Shown in pieces: positions 37,803 to 48,454 of a stretch of DNA of 64,000 nt. Each line of letters starts with the position of its first letter. Position 1 is the first letter of the stretch. The notes beneath the pieces were generated by a model that had not been told where the DNA came from, ran no database searches, and saw only the letters and a program-made list of their open reading frames with translations. The translations under genes and the position numbers were made by a program. This DNA is from Gammaproteobacteria bacterium (GTDB lineage Bacteria; Pseudomonadota; Gammaproteobacteria; Steroidobacterales; Woeseiaceae): positions 9,525-73,524 of the forward strand of contig JAUIDP010000005.1 of assembly GCA_030429005.1 (NCBI GenBank), read 5' to 3'.

Positions 37803-37857
37803 CGGGAAGCTCCGGGGAGTAGATACCAGAATTGAATAATGGCTTAATTGCAGGCCG

Positions 37858-38271
37858 ATGAACACATTCCTGCGCCAGCGTCTGTTCCGCCAGTTTGCCG
37901 CCGTGTTGCTGCTCGCAACGCTGGGCGTGCGCGCACTGCTGCCGGCAGGCTACATGCCCGGCAACCTGCTGGATGGAAAGTTCGCAGAACTTTGCCCGGT
38001 CGCCAGTGCCGCGACTTTCACCTTGTTGGCCGCAGACACCACGCACCACCACCACGGCCAGCATGGCAATGGTGAGCGAGACGACGCAGCGTACAGCATC
38101 GATTCTGCCTGCCCGATCGGGTCATCGTTATTCGCGGACGCATTGCCGGCCGCGGATATCACGATCAGCCCGGTGCCGCGCCCAAGAGACTTCGAACGCG
38201 CTACGCCTGGCAGTGTCTTTACCAGCAAGCCGCACCGATACTATCCCGCTCGCGCACCACCCGTTTCCTGA
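37858..38271 (+). CDS. DUF2946-like His/Cys protein ending in RAPP
   Basis: RALLPAGYMP, ELCP, HHHHGQHG, ACP and C-terminal ARAPPVS. Confidence 0.75.
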   Translation: MNTFLRQRLFRQFAAVLLLATLGVRALLPAGYMPGNLLDGKFAELCPVASAATFTLLAADTTHHHHGQHGNGERDDAAYSIDSACPIGSSLFADALPAADITISPVPRPRDFERATPGSVFTSKPHRYYPARAPPVS

Positions 38272-38345
38272 CTTCTTGACGACAGCAAATTTGCCGGGCT
38301 GCCTGTGGCAGTCCGCTTCTGTTCTTGATGCAGGAATACCCCAAT

Positions 38346-39434
38346 ATGCGACACATTAGACTTTTCGCTGCAGCGCTCGCTGCGGCGACTTTTGCAACAC
38401 CCGGAATCGCTGATGATTCCGGTCACAACGGACCACTCAACGTACGTGCAGATTCGCACGCCCCGATCGGCGTTATGGCCGACCACATGCACAAGCGCGG
38501 GGAATGGATGTTCTCGTACCGTTTCATGACGATGAATATGCAAGGCAACCTGAAGGGCTCGTCGTCCATTTCGCCGGACACGATCGTTACGACAGAGCCG
38601 AACCGGTTCTTCGGCATGCCGGGAATGCCGCCCACATTGCGTATCGTACCGCTCGAAATGACGATGGACATGCACATGCTGGGCATGATGTATGCACCCA
38701 GTGACAGCCTTACATTGATGGTCATGGCCAATTACCTGGACAATTCGATGCAGCACGTCACTTACGCCGGCGGCATGGGAACTGACGAACTCGGCAACTT
38801 CAAAACCGGCACCAGCGGCTGGGGCGACTCTTCCGTCTCCGGCCTTGTTCGACTGTTCGATTCCGGGCCCACGAAACTGCATGCGATCATTGGCGTCTCG
38901 CTACCAACCGGCAGTACTGAAGAGCGCGCACGAATCCTGGCGCCGACCGGCATGACGCCAGTTGTTCGCGTGCCCTACCCGATGCAGCTCAGCTCGGGCA
39001 CTTACGACCCGATTCTCGGGTTGAGTTACTCCGGCAACAGCGAATCACTGGGCTGGGGTGCGCAGTGGCGCGGGACCTTTCGTACGACAAAGAACGACGA
39101 TGACTATCAACTGGGCGACCAGCATCGCGTGAACGCGTGGCTGAGTTACCTGTTCAGGCCGGAACTCAGTGCATCTGCACGGCTGGAGTATTTTCGTCGG
39201 GACAACATCTCGGGCCTGGACCCGATGATCATGGGACCGGTGCAGACCGCCGACCCGGACCGCCAGGCGGTCCGGCGACTGGACGCCGCAATCGGCCTGA
39301 ACTATGCCGCCTCCGGGACGCTGTACGGCTGGCGAATTGGGATCGAATATGTCCTTGCCGTGGACCAGGAACTGGACGGGCCGCAGCTGGAGACTGACGA
39401 TCAGTTGATCATCGGCCTGCAGAAATCGTTCTGA
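38346..39434 (+). CDS. Met/His-rich outer-membrane beta-barrel ('transporter' family), possibly metal uptake
   Basis: Signal peptide; HAPIGVMADHMH, MTMDMHMLGMM, GVSLPTGS, YPMQLSSG and terminal Phe. Confidence 0.75.
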   Translation: MRHIRLFAAALAAATFATPGIADDSGHNGPLNVRADSHAPIGVMADHMHKRGEWMFSYRFMTMNMQGNLKGSSSISPDTIVTTEPNRFFGMPGMPPTLRIVPLEMTMDMHMLGMMYAPSDSLTLMVMANYLDNSMQHVTYAGGMGTDELGNFKTGTSGWGDSSVSGLVRLFDSGPTKLHAIIGVSLPTGSTEERARILAPTGMTPVVRVPYPMQLSSGTYDPILGLSYSGNSESLGWGAQWRGTFRTTKNDDDYQLGDQHRVNAWLSYLFRPELSASARLEYFRRDNISGLDPMIMGPVQTADPDRQAVRRLDAAIGLNYAASGTLYGWRIGIEYVLAVDQELDGPQLETDDQLIIGLQKSF

Positions 39435-39455
39435 GCTGACGGTGCAGCCAGGACT

Positions 39456-39902
39456 CTACTCCTGGCTGCGCCAAATCTCGACTTCGCGTCCCGACACCGA
39501 ACTCTCGACAATAATGTCACCGGACTTGCACGGCGCAACGCCCAGTGAGTCTTCGCAGGTCTTCAGCTTCTTGAGGCGTTCGGCATGCGGCACCAGTGAT
39601 GCTGCTGTCTCGGTTGGTTCTACATCGCGCCAGTCGTCGCTGTTGCTTGCCGCCTTCGCGTCTTCCAGGCTGGCGAACGACTTGCTCTCGCGTGCCGAAG
39701 CCGCACAACCCGACTTCTGCCGATTGACAATGACGTTGTCAAACTGATCTTTCAGCGTGACCAGTTCCTGCAGGGCAACTTCGCATTCCGCCCGGGTAAG
39801 AAACTGCATCTCAATTTCGTTTTCCTGGCAGACGGTCTTCCCGGCCGGAGCGACACACTCGCTCAGCGTCAACACAAAAACCTGGATCCATGTTGTGTCC
39901 AT
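39456..39902 (-). CDS. Hypothetical Cys-containing protein
   Basis: 148-aa ORF with RBS GAGGT; six Cys. Confidence 0.7.
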   Translation of the reverse strand: MDTTWIQVFVLTLSECVAPAGKTVCQENEIEMQFLTRAECEVALQELVTLKDQFDNVIVNRQKSGCAASARESKSFASLEDAKAASNSDDWRDVEPTETAASLVPHAERLKKLKTCEDSLGVAPCKSGDIIVESSVSGREVEIWRSQE

Positions 39903-39995
39903 GACCGACCTCTATCTTGTTTTGTTGTGCTTACAGATTAGCAAAAACTTCTGCTCCACAGCGAATGCTGCTGCTGTTTAGGGCAAAATCACTAT

Positions 39996-41195
39996 ATGTT
40001 CACAGAGTTGCAAATACCCGCAGGCCGGCGCCCTTTGTCGCGCACAGAGGCGCAGCTCTCAATTGTCGGTGGCCTGGCATTTACCATAATGATCCTGCTG
40101 GCGATTTTCGAAGAATTCTCGTACGGCCGGCTCAGTGTCCTGTTCATTCTCCTTTTCTGGGTGCCGTTGCTGGTTCTGCACGAGGCTGGCCACGCGATCG
40201 CTGCGCGACTGCTCGGCTGGCGTGTGCGCGAAATCGTCATCGGTTTCGGCCGCGAACTCTGGCGCTGGCAACTGGGCGAGACCCGGGTTGTCATCAAGCT
40301 CGCACCCATCGAAGGCTACGTCCTGCCGGCACCGACTTCGGCGCAGCACATGCGCTTGAAGAGCGCGCTGATCTACGCGGCAGGACCCGGCGCTGAACTG
40401 CTGTTGCTCGCCGCCATGCTGCTGGTACTGGGCAAGGACTACGTCTTCGGCAGTGCCGGTAGTGTCGAACAGGTTGCAGCATACAGCCTCGCCATCGCTA
40501 TCCTGCTTGGTGCCGGCTTCAACCTGCTGCCTTTCAGTACCGGTGGCGCCGTCAGCGACGGTCTCGGCATCCTGTCCAGCCCATTTATGTCGGAAGAAAC
40601 CATACAGCTACGACTACTGGCCGTGGAACTGCGCGAAATCACGCGCTTGCTGGAGTCCGGCAGTAACGCCAGGGCACTGGACGTCGCGCAGAAGCTGTTG
40701 AGGGACTTCCCGGACAACCGCGCCCTGCAGGCCATCTACGCCAGCACGCTGGCCGCAGATCGGCAACTGGAAACCGCTCGCGAATTCGTGCGCCGGCAAC
40801 TGGCCACAGCCGGCGACGAGCCTGGCACCACTTTGGCGTGGCTGCAGCGCCAGGCACGCATCGAACTGGAGGCCGAGGAACCGGCCTGGCTGGTATTTGA
40901 CCTGGCGCTGCAAAAAGCAACCGCACTGGCACCCGGTAATCTCGAGAACCGGGCACTGAAAGCGATGTCAATGGTTTTGCGCGGGTCGGCCGCAGAAGGC
41001 GGCGAGCAACTGGCGGAAACCTGGCGCAGCAACCATGGCGAAATCGACGATGCGGAACTGCTGGCCTACCTCGCGATCGCTGCCCACCGCGTCGGGGACA
41101 GGAACGCCAGCGGCCGCTTCCGGTCCGTGTTCGACAGCGTCAACAAATCCGCGCGGCTGCGTGCGCTGGTGTCTCGCCACATGAGCTCTGCGTGA
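39996..41195 (+). CDS. M50 family (site-2) membrane metalloprotease with helical-repeat C-terminus
   Basis: HEAGH, AAGP and NLLPF...SDG motifs. Confidence 0.85.
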   Translation: MFTELQIPAGRRPLSRTEAQLSIVGGLAFTIMILLAIFEEFSYGRLSVLFILLFWVPLLVLHEAGHAIAARLLGWRVREIVIGFGRELWRWQLGETRVVIKLAPIEGYVLPAPTSAQHMRLKSALIYAAGPGAELLLLAAMLLVLGKDYVFGSAGSVEQVAAYSLAIAILLGAGFNLLPFSTGGAVSDGLGILSSPFMSEETIQLRLLAVELREITRLLESGSNARALDVAQKLLRDFPDNRALQAIYASTLAADRQLETAREFVRRQLATAGDEPGTTLAWLQRQARIELEAEEPAWLVFDLALQKATALAPGNLENRALKAMSMVLRGSAAEGGEQLAETWRSNHGEIDDAELLAYLAIAAHRVGDRNASGRFRSVFDSVNKSARLRALVSRHMSSA

Positions 41196-41271
41196 GCGCT
41201 GACAGGCCAACCGGTAGCAACCGGCCAGGACTCAGCTCGGCAGGATACCTGCACCGGTCGGGCCGGACTGT

Positions 41272-42525
41272 TCAGCTTGCAAGAAGCAATGCCACGGCAT
41301 CAGTTGCTGAAAAACAGGCGCCGTGCACTGTGGCGTAGAACCGGGTCGACGTCGCTTCGCCAGCGAAATACATTCTGTTATCAACCGGCATCGCGAGGGC
41401 CTGGCGTTGTGCTTGCGCACCTGGGACAGCGTAACTGTATGCGCCACGGGTCCACTCGTCACCGTCCCAGGCAGACACGATCCTGCAGCGGGTCACCGGG
41501 GTAGCCGCATTGCCCAGGACTTGTCGCAGTCGCGCGAGAATGTAATCCAGCGTTGCTGCCTCGCCCGAGCGCTCCATCCACGCGGCCAGGCGCCCGCCGG
41601 TCGTAACCTCGATGCAGTCATGGCCGCACGGCCGATTTCGAAAATGCAGTGGATCCTCTTCGCCAAACCGGGTCGTGAAGCTCGCACCCGGTTCACTCGG
41701 GAGTGGTTTTTCGAAGACGATGCCAACGCGCATGCAACTGCCCATCGGGAGTTCGCGAATCGCAGCCAGTTTCCATTCCGGCAATCCTGGAACAAACCTG
41801 ATTTGCCGGTTTGCGAGCACACTGCTGGACACCGTCAGGAGTACCTTCGCCGCTCGCAGCGTCCCCCTGTTTGTCCGAACCCGAACAACCGGACCCGACG
41901 TATCGATTTCCGACACGGCTGAATTCAGCGTTACAGGCACATCAGCGCCATGGCGCGCCACCAGGTTGCCGAATCCCGACCTGACAGCGAGGTCGATTCC
42001 GCACTGCCGGTACGCGGACGCATCCCGAACGGAGATCATGTCGACGTCGCAGCTATAGTTCTGGCCGAAAAAAAGGTAGAAATACGGTGCCCAGGGACTG
42101 TCATTGTCGATGACATCCACTACCGGCCGATCCGGTCCGGCCGCGGCCGCCGCAGTCATGTGCGCGACCTGGCGATCGAAGAACGCGACGAACGCCTCGC
42201 ATGCATCTGGCGGCAGCCAGTTGCCGTCCACAAAATGCCTGCCCGCAACATAGTGGTCCTGCTCCGGCACGACCTTGCTGTTCAAATCCCGGGCAATCCT
42301 GGCAAACGGGTTGACCTGGTCAGAATGTATCCAGTGTGCACCCAAGTCGAACGGCATATTGCTGTCGAGCATTTCTGTGTAGACGCGGCCACCGATTCGA
42401 TGAGATGCCTCGAGCAGGCGAAAACTGCGGCCCGCGGTTTGCAGCGCCCTCGCCGCGGTCAGGCCGGCTACGCCGGCGCCAACAATCGCGACTTCCGTAT
42501 CGATACTCCTGCCAGGCCCGCTCAC
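41272..42525 (-). CDS. Flavin monoamine oxidase family protein
   Basis: IVGAGVAGL, RIGGR, DLGAHWIH, GAYS and YFAGEAT...TVHGA motifs. Confidence 0.9.
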   Translation of the reverse strand: MSGPGRSIDTEVAIVGAGVAGLTAARALQTAGRSFRLLEASHRIGGRVYTEMLDSNMPFDLGAHWIHSDQVNPFARIARDLNSKVVPEQDHYVAGRHFVDGNWLPPDACEAFVAFFDRQVAHMTAAAAAGPDRPVVDVIDNDSPWAPYFYLFFGQNYSCDVDMISVRDASAYRQCGIDLAVRSGFGNLVARHGADVPVTLNSAVSEIDTSGPVVRVRTNRGTLRAAKVLLTVSSSVLANRQIRFVPGLPEWKLAAIRELPMGSCMRVGIVFEKPLPSEPGASFTTRFGEEDPLHFRNRPCGHDCIEVTTGGRLAAWMERSGEAATLDYILARLRQVLGNAATPVTRCRIVSAWDGDEWTRGAYSYAVPGAQAQRQALAMPVDNRMYFAGEATSTRFYATVHGACFSATDAVALLLAS

Positions 42526-43106
42526 AGTCGCTTCGCGAGCTCCCCTGCAGTTTCAGCCCAGCCCCTGACCCGTACTGCCTGCAGTCCGGCCTGCCGGGCC
42601 GCGGCCACGTTGCCGGGGCTGTCGTCGAAGAACAGGATGTCAACCGGGTCGCAGCCGAAGTGTTCGATAACGTCGTGAAAGGCAGCCGGATCCGGCTTGG
42701 CGTTACCGGTCTCATAGGAAAGGAACAGCCGCTCGAACCCGTCAAACACGTCCGACTGCCCGGCAACGTGTTGCCAGTGGATTTCGTTGGTATTGGACAA
42801 CAACGCAACTGCATGCGTCGACGTCAGCTGCCGCAAGCTGTTTTCGACGCCATCGAACATGGGCAGATGCCAGCGCCGCAACGCCGCATCAAATGCGGCT
42901 CCGCTCGCAAAACCCAGTTGGGCGCCCAGGCCCTCCGCAAATTGCCGTCTCGACAGTCGGCCGGTTTCAAAATCCCTGACCAGCGGGGAATTCAGCCAGA
43001 CCGCCCAGAATTCTTCGGTCGTCATTTGCAGGCCGATGGATTTCGCCGGGTCCGCCAGGTCTACGAGTACGCCACCGAGGTCGAAGAGCAGGATCGGTCG
43101 TTGCAT
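42522..43106 (-). CDS. HAD-family phosphatase (YihX-like)
   Basis: FDLGGVL, LLSNTN, KPD and FFDD motifs. Confidence 0.9.
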   Translation of the reverse strand: MQRPILLFDLGGVLVDLADPAKSIGLQMTTEEFWAVWLNSPLVRDFETGRLSRRQFAEGLGAQLGFASGAAFDAALRRWHLPMFDGVENSLRQLTSTHAVALLSNTNEIHWQHVAGQSDVFDGFERLFLSYETGNAKPDPAAFHDVIEHFGCDPVDILFFDDSPGNVAAARQAGLQAVRVRGWAETAGELAKRL

Positions 43107-43108
43107 CG

Positions 43109-44437
43109 TCAGTCCGGTGACTTCGCGTTCCAGACGAACAGCGCGAGTATGAGTGAAACGACCGCCGACCCGATCCACAATTCGGATGCGGTATCAAAGT
43201 TGTAGACAGTCTTTCCCGCCACGGTCTCGGTTCCGTCATGGATCATGCGACCGCTGATAATGTCCTGGATGCCCGCTCCCAGATAGCTGGCAACGCCGAT
43301 CGCCCCGAGCGCCGCGCCGGACGCTTCCTTGGAGCAGATATCCACCGCCATCAGCCCACCCAGGTAGACCATGAGTGCACCGACGCCAAACCCGCACAAG
43401 ACCATGGCTGCCGCGTCCCACCAGAAACTGGCAGGGCCGTGCACGAACCAGTACGTACCGGCGATCAATGTCAGGCCGAACAGCAGCGCCGGAATATTCC
43501 GCCGGCCGGCGAAGCAGCGGTCTGACAGGATTCCGGAAAAAAACGTCGCCAGAATTCCGGCTGCAGCGTATATGAACAACAAGCGACCGGCGCCCGCAGT
43601 GTCATAGTTCTTTTCCGCCTCGAAAAACCACGCGCCCCAGCTGTTGATTGCATAGCGCGTCACGTAGAACGTCGCGCTCGACAGCATCAGGATCCACACG
43701 GCCGGATTCTTGAAGACGGCCCATTGCTTCTGCCCGACTGTCTGGTGTCGGGCAGATTCCGGCTCGCGGATCGCACTCGGCAGACCGTAGACCTCGGGCC
43801 GCTCATAGAGGAAATTCCGGATAAGTAGGGCCATCAGTGCACACATGAGACCGGACAGCCAGAACCCCCATTGCCAACCGTAGAGGCCAATGACGATTGC
43901 GATCCCAAGAAACGTGATGGCCTCGCCAATGTTGTGGCTGCTGGCCCACATGCCGTAGAACGTGCCACGCTCCTTGCCATCCCACCAGTGCGTAATCGTC
44001 ACGACACTCGACGCCGCACCGAATGACTGGAACCAGCCATTCAATGCCCAAAGAATGCAAAACAGTGTAAACGAGGTGGTAAAACCGAGCGTCAAATTGA
44101 TGATCGCGGACACGAACAGGCCGGTCGCCATGAACTGGCGGGCACTTACCCTGTCCGCGATGATGCCATTTGACAGTTTGCCGAATGCGTAGGAGAAAAA
44201 GAGTGCCGAACCGATAATGCCTGCTTCTTCGGCGTTGAATACGCCCGCATCGGCCATCGGCTTCTTTGCAATCGAGTAACTCAGCCGGCAAACGTAATAG
44301 AAACCATAACCAAGCGTTATTGACGCGAACACCGACCACCTGCGACGCCGCAGCTCTCGCTGCACTTCAGGGTCACTGGCCGAGCGCTCTGCAATCGACG
44401 AACTCTTGGCGTAGAAGCCTGCAATCAGTTCAAACAT
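43109..44437 (-). CDS. MFS organophosphate transporter (GlpT/UhpC family)
   Basis: GYGFYYVCR, NGWFQSFG, ERGTFYGMWASSHNIG and YVTRYAINSWG motifs. Confidence 0.85.
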   Translation of the reverse strand: MFELIAGFYAKSSSIAERSASDPEVQRELRRRRWSVFASITLGYGFYYVCRLSYSIAKKPMADAGVFNAEEAGIIGSALFFSYAFGKLSNGIIADRVSARQFMATGLFVSAIINLTLGFTTSFTLFCILWALNGWFQSFGAASSVVTITHWWDGKERGTFYGMWASSHNIGEAITFLGIAIVIGLYGWQWGFWLSGLMCALMALLIRNFLYERPEVYGLPSAIREPESARHQTVGQKQWAVFKNPAVWILMLSSATFYVTRYAINSWGAWFFEAEKNYDTAGAGRLLFIYAAAGILATFFSGILSDRCFAGRRNIPALLFGLTLIAGTYWFVHGPASFWWDAAAMVLCGFGVGALMVYLGGLMAVDICSKEASGAALGAIGVASYLGAGIQDIISGRMIHDGTETVAGKTVYNFDTASELWIGSAVVSLILALFVWNAKSPD

Positions 44438-44444
44438 TCAGCGT

Positions 44445-45242
44445 CTACCGATCCCGAACGATCGGCCAGAGCAACTGGTGTTGCGCACTGACGGGCTCAA
44501 GATTTTCGACTCCGATGAGTTCCGGATAGCGCCGTGTGATCTTCGCCGTACCGAACAACACATCCCAGAAAAACAGCAGGTTTCCGTAGTTTCCTTTGTA
44601 GAAGGTGACGCCATCGTCAAGGTGCTTGCCGTGATGAGCCCAGTGGGTCGCCGGTGTCGAAATCGTTCGCTCCAGCACCCACATGAACGGCGACAGCCAC
44701 TTGATCTCGTACAACGGTTTGTCCCACCGGACGTCCGAGTGCGCCGCGCAGATGACGAGCAGCTTGAACACGATGTAGACGGCATAAACCTTGCCGAGCC
44801 CGAGATAGACAAGCGCGCCGGAAAACCACAGTCCCGGCATCAAGAGGTAGTAGAAAATATTGTTGCGATAGACAATGCGAATACTCATGTACTCGGCATC
44901 GTGATGCGGCCGATGCAGCTCGTACAGCCACTTGACGTTGTGCGTAATCCGGTGCCACCAGTATTGCGTCAGGTCATCGAAGATCAACAGAATACCGATC
45001 TGCGCCAGGATCGGCAGGCCAATCAGCGCGTCGCGAGAACCGGGCGCGACCGTCGCCGCGAGAAAAAAACCGGCAGCCAGGACGAACGGCTGGGTCAGCA
45101 GGACCAGCGTCAGCGTGCTGACAACTTCAACCACGCCGTCCTTTTGCCGTTGCCGGGGCTTGCGAAACAGGTTCGTACGCAGCAACTCGGCAAACGCAAA
45201 GAACAGGAAAATCGACAAGATCGCTATGGTTTCCGGCCGCAC
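44445..45242 (-). CDS. Sterol desaturase/fatty-acid hydroxylase family protein
   Basis: His boxes HRITH, HRPHH and HWAHH; NYGNLLFFWDVLFGT. Confidence 0.85.
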   Translation of the reverse strand: MRPETIAILSIFLFFAFAELLRTNLFRKPRQRQKDGVVEVVSTLTLVLLTQPFVLAAGFFLAATVAPGSRDALIGLPILAQIGILLIFDDLTQYWWHRITHNVKWLYELHRPHHDAEYMSIRIVYRNNIFYYLLMPGLWFSGALVYLGLGKVYAVYIVFKLLVICAAHSDVRWDKPLYEIKWLSPFMWVLERTISTPATHWAHHGKHLDDGVTFYKGNYGNLLFFWDVLFGTAKITRRYPELIGVENLEPVSAQHQLLWPIVRDR

Positions 45243-45476
45243 GACAACCCCGCATATGGCTGGCTGTCAGTATACCGTCGAAATTGTGGCGTTTAGGCCC
45301 TTTCATTCCGGCCGGAACCTGCTATAGTCCGCGGCGTCCTGGCGCACATCGGTCTGCGCCCAGCACTTCGCACCGCAAACCCGCGGCGCGCGAAGCCACT
45401 ACAAATACCAGCCTGGACCGAATCTTGCGCAGCAGCGTGCTGCCCTCGAGTCAGGCGTCCTGGAGTAAACAAGCAA

Positions 45477-46727
<1,251 letters not shown>

Positions 46728-46778
46728 CTATAAAGCGGTGTTGGAACTCCCTGTGGCGATTGTCGTATCCTGACCGGC

Positions 46779-47447
46779 ATGCGAATTCGAAATCTGATCT
46801 TGTGCTGTGCATTCGGCGCGGGGCTGCTGGCCTGTACCAGCCAGCCCACCGTCAGCGAGTCACTGCAGAGCTTCGCAGGTGGCATGCCCGTTGACCTCAG
46901 CGGCTCGTGGGAACGCGACTATTCCCGAAGCGATGACATCCAGGCGGCGCTGAACAGCACGATGCGGCGAATCTACCGCGCGCCGTCGGACGTCACGCGC
47001 CCGGCACCACCGCAGAATCTCGACAGGGTCGTTGCGCTTGCCCGGTTCGCAGACGTCATCACGCAGTTCGATGTCATGGAGATCACCCAGGACGACTACG
47101 AGATCAAGATCGCCCGCAAGGACGATTTCACGATGCTGTGCGAATTTGATAACGGCAATTCCAAGCGCACCGAAAGCGAGTTCGGGGCCGAGGTTTGTGG
47201 CTGGAACGGCAGCCAGCTGACCTCTTACCTGGTGTTGCCGGACGACCTCCTGGTCAGCAATCGCTATACCCTGTCCGGCGACGGCAACAGCCTGCATGTC
47301 GCGACAACCGTGTCGTCCGGCTCGAGTCGTACACCGTTCACGATCAATCGCGTCTACATGAAGTTCGAGCCGCCCGAGTCTGACTTCAATTGTATTGAGA
47401 CGCTCAGCATGAAACGCGTTTGCAGCACCGGGGAAATAGTTCCTTGA
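46779..47447 (+). CDS. Hypothetical lipoprotein
   Basis: Lipobox LLAC; DLSGSW. Confidence 0.75.
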   Translation: MRIRNLILCCAFGAGLLACTSQPTVSESLQSFAGGMPVDLSGSWERDYSRSDDIQAALNSTMRRIYRAPSDVTRPAPPQNLDRVVALARFADVITQFDVMEITQDDYEIKIARKDDFTMLCEFDNGNSKRTESEFGAEVCGWNGSQLTSYLVLPDDLLVSNRYTLSGDGNSLHVATTVSSGSSRTPFTINRVYMKFEPPESDFNCIETLSMKRVCSTGEIVP

Positions 47448-48454
47448 CCCGTCGGTGGTTCGCCGTCGCAGCCCTGCTCGTCGCGTCGGCTGGATTTGCC
47501 GAAACCGCGCGCGACCCGGCACACCTGAACATCTCGGTCGCGCTGTTCGATACCGGTGTTCCGGAGAATCGTGCCCTGCATCGCGACCTCGAAATCTTTC
47601 CGCGCGTCCGCAAGATCGAAGCGCTGTACCTGCCGTTCGTCCTGCGCAAGACACTGACAGCGTCGGGCGAATGGGGTGCAATCCGGGTCGTACCCGACTC
47701 GGACGTCGCGGCGGAGCTGCTGATTTACGGCACGATCATACGGTCAGACGGCGATGTGCTCGGCCTGCAAATTCGTGCCGTCGACGCCAGTGGCCGCGTC
47801 TGGACCGACAATGTCTTCTCCGGCCCGACCAGCAACGAGGATATCTACCAGGCTATTGCCGACGCCTTGCTGGCGATGCGGCAGACGCTCGATGAGCGGG
47901 CGCTGCGCAATATTATCGAAACCTCGCTGTTGCGATACGGGCAGCAGCTTGCGCCAATGGCATTCGATGAATACCTGCAGGAAAACGCTGACGGAACTTT
48001 CACGATTCTGCGATTGCCGGCAAGCAACGACCCGATGCTCGAGCGGATCGAACGACTGCGCGGCGTCGAGTACGTTTTTACCGACGCCGTCGATGCGAAA
48101 TTTCGTGAACTCAGCACCGACGTGGCCACCGTGCATGAACTCTGGCGCGAGTACCGGCGCCAGTTCAAGCGATTCCAGCAGGAGGAGTCGCTGCGCGTTC
48201 AAACGAAGCCTTCAAGCTTCGAGCGTGGCAGCTATGACTCGATGATGGAGCGCTACGAGACCTACAAATGGGATCGCCAGGCTGCCGAGGAACAGGAAAA
48301 CTGGGCCGTGGGTTTTGAAAACGAAATGGGCCCGACGATCACGGCCATCGAAGAGCGTGTTGAGGAACTCGAAGGCTGGGTCGAAAGCCGCTACGCCGAG
48401 TGGCAGCGCATCCTCGGCGAATTGTTCGAACTCGAGACTGAATTGCCGGACTAG
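47444..48454 (+). CDS. Hypothetical secreted protein
   Basis: TTGA overlap with the upstream gene; signal peptide; helical acidic C-terminus. Confidence 0.7.
   Translation: MTRRWFAVAALLVASAGFAETARDPAHLNISVALFDTGVPENRALHRDLEIFPRVRKIEALYLPFVLRKTLTASGEWGAIRVVPDSDVAAELLIYGTIIRSDGDVLGLQIRAVDASGRVWTDNVFSGPTSNEDIYQAIADALLAMRQTLDERALRNIIETSLLRYGQQLAPMAFDEYLQENADGTFTILRLPASNDPMLERIERLRGVEYVFTDAVDAKFRELSTDVATVHELWREYRRQFKRFQQEESLRVQTKPSSFERGSYDSMMERYETYKWDRQAAEEQENWAVGFENEMGPTITAIEERVEELEGWVESRYAEWQRILGELFELETELPD

Noticed and set aside
45243..45476. GC-rich leader of rhlE as a possible ncRNA
   Set aside because: Only short hairpins; no family recognised.
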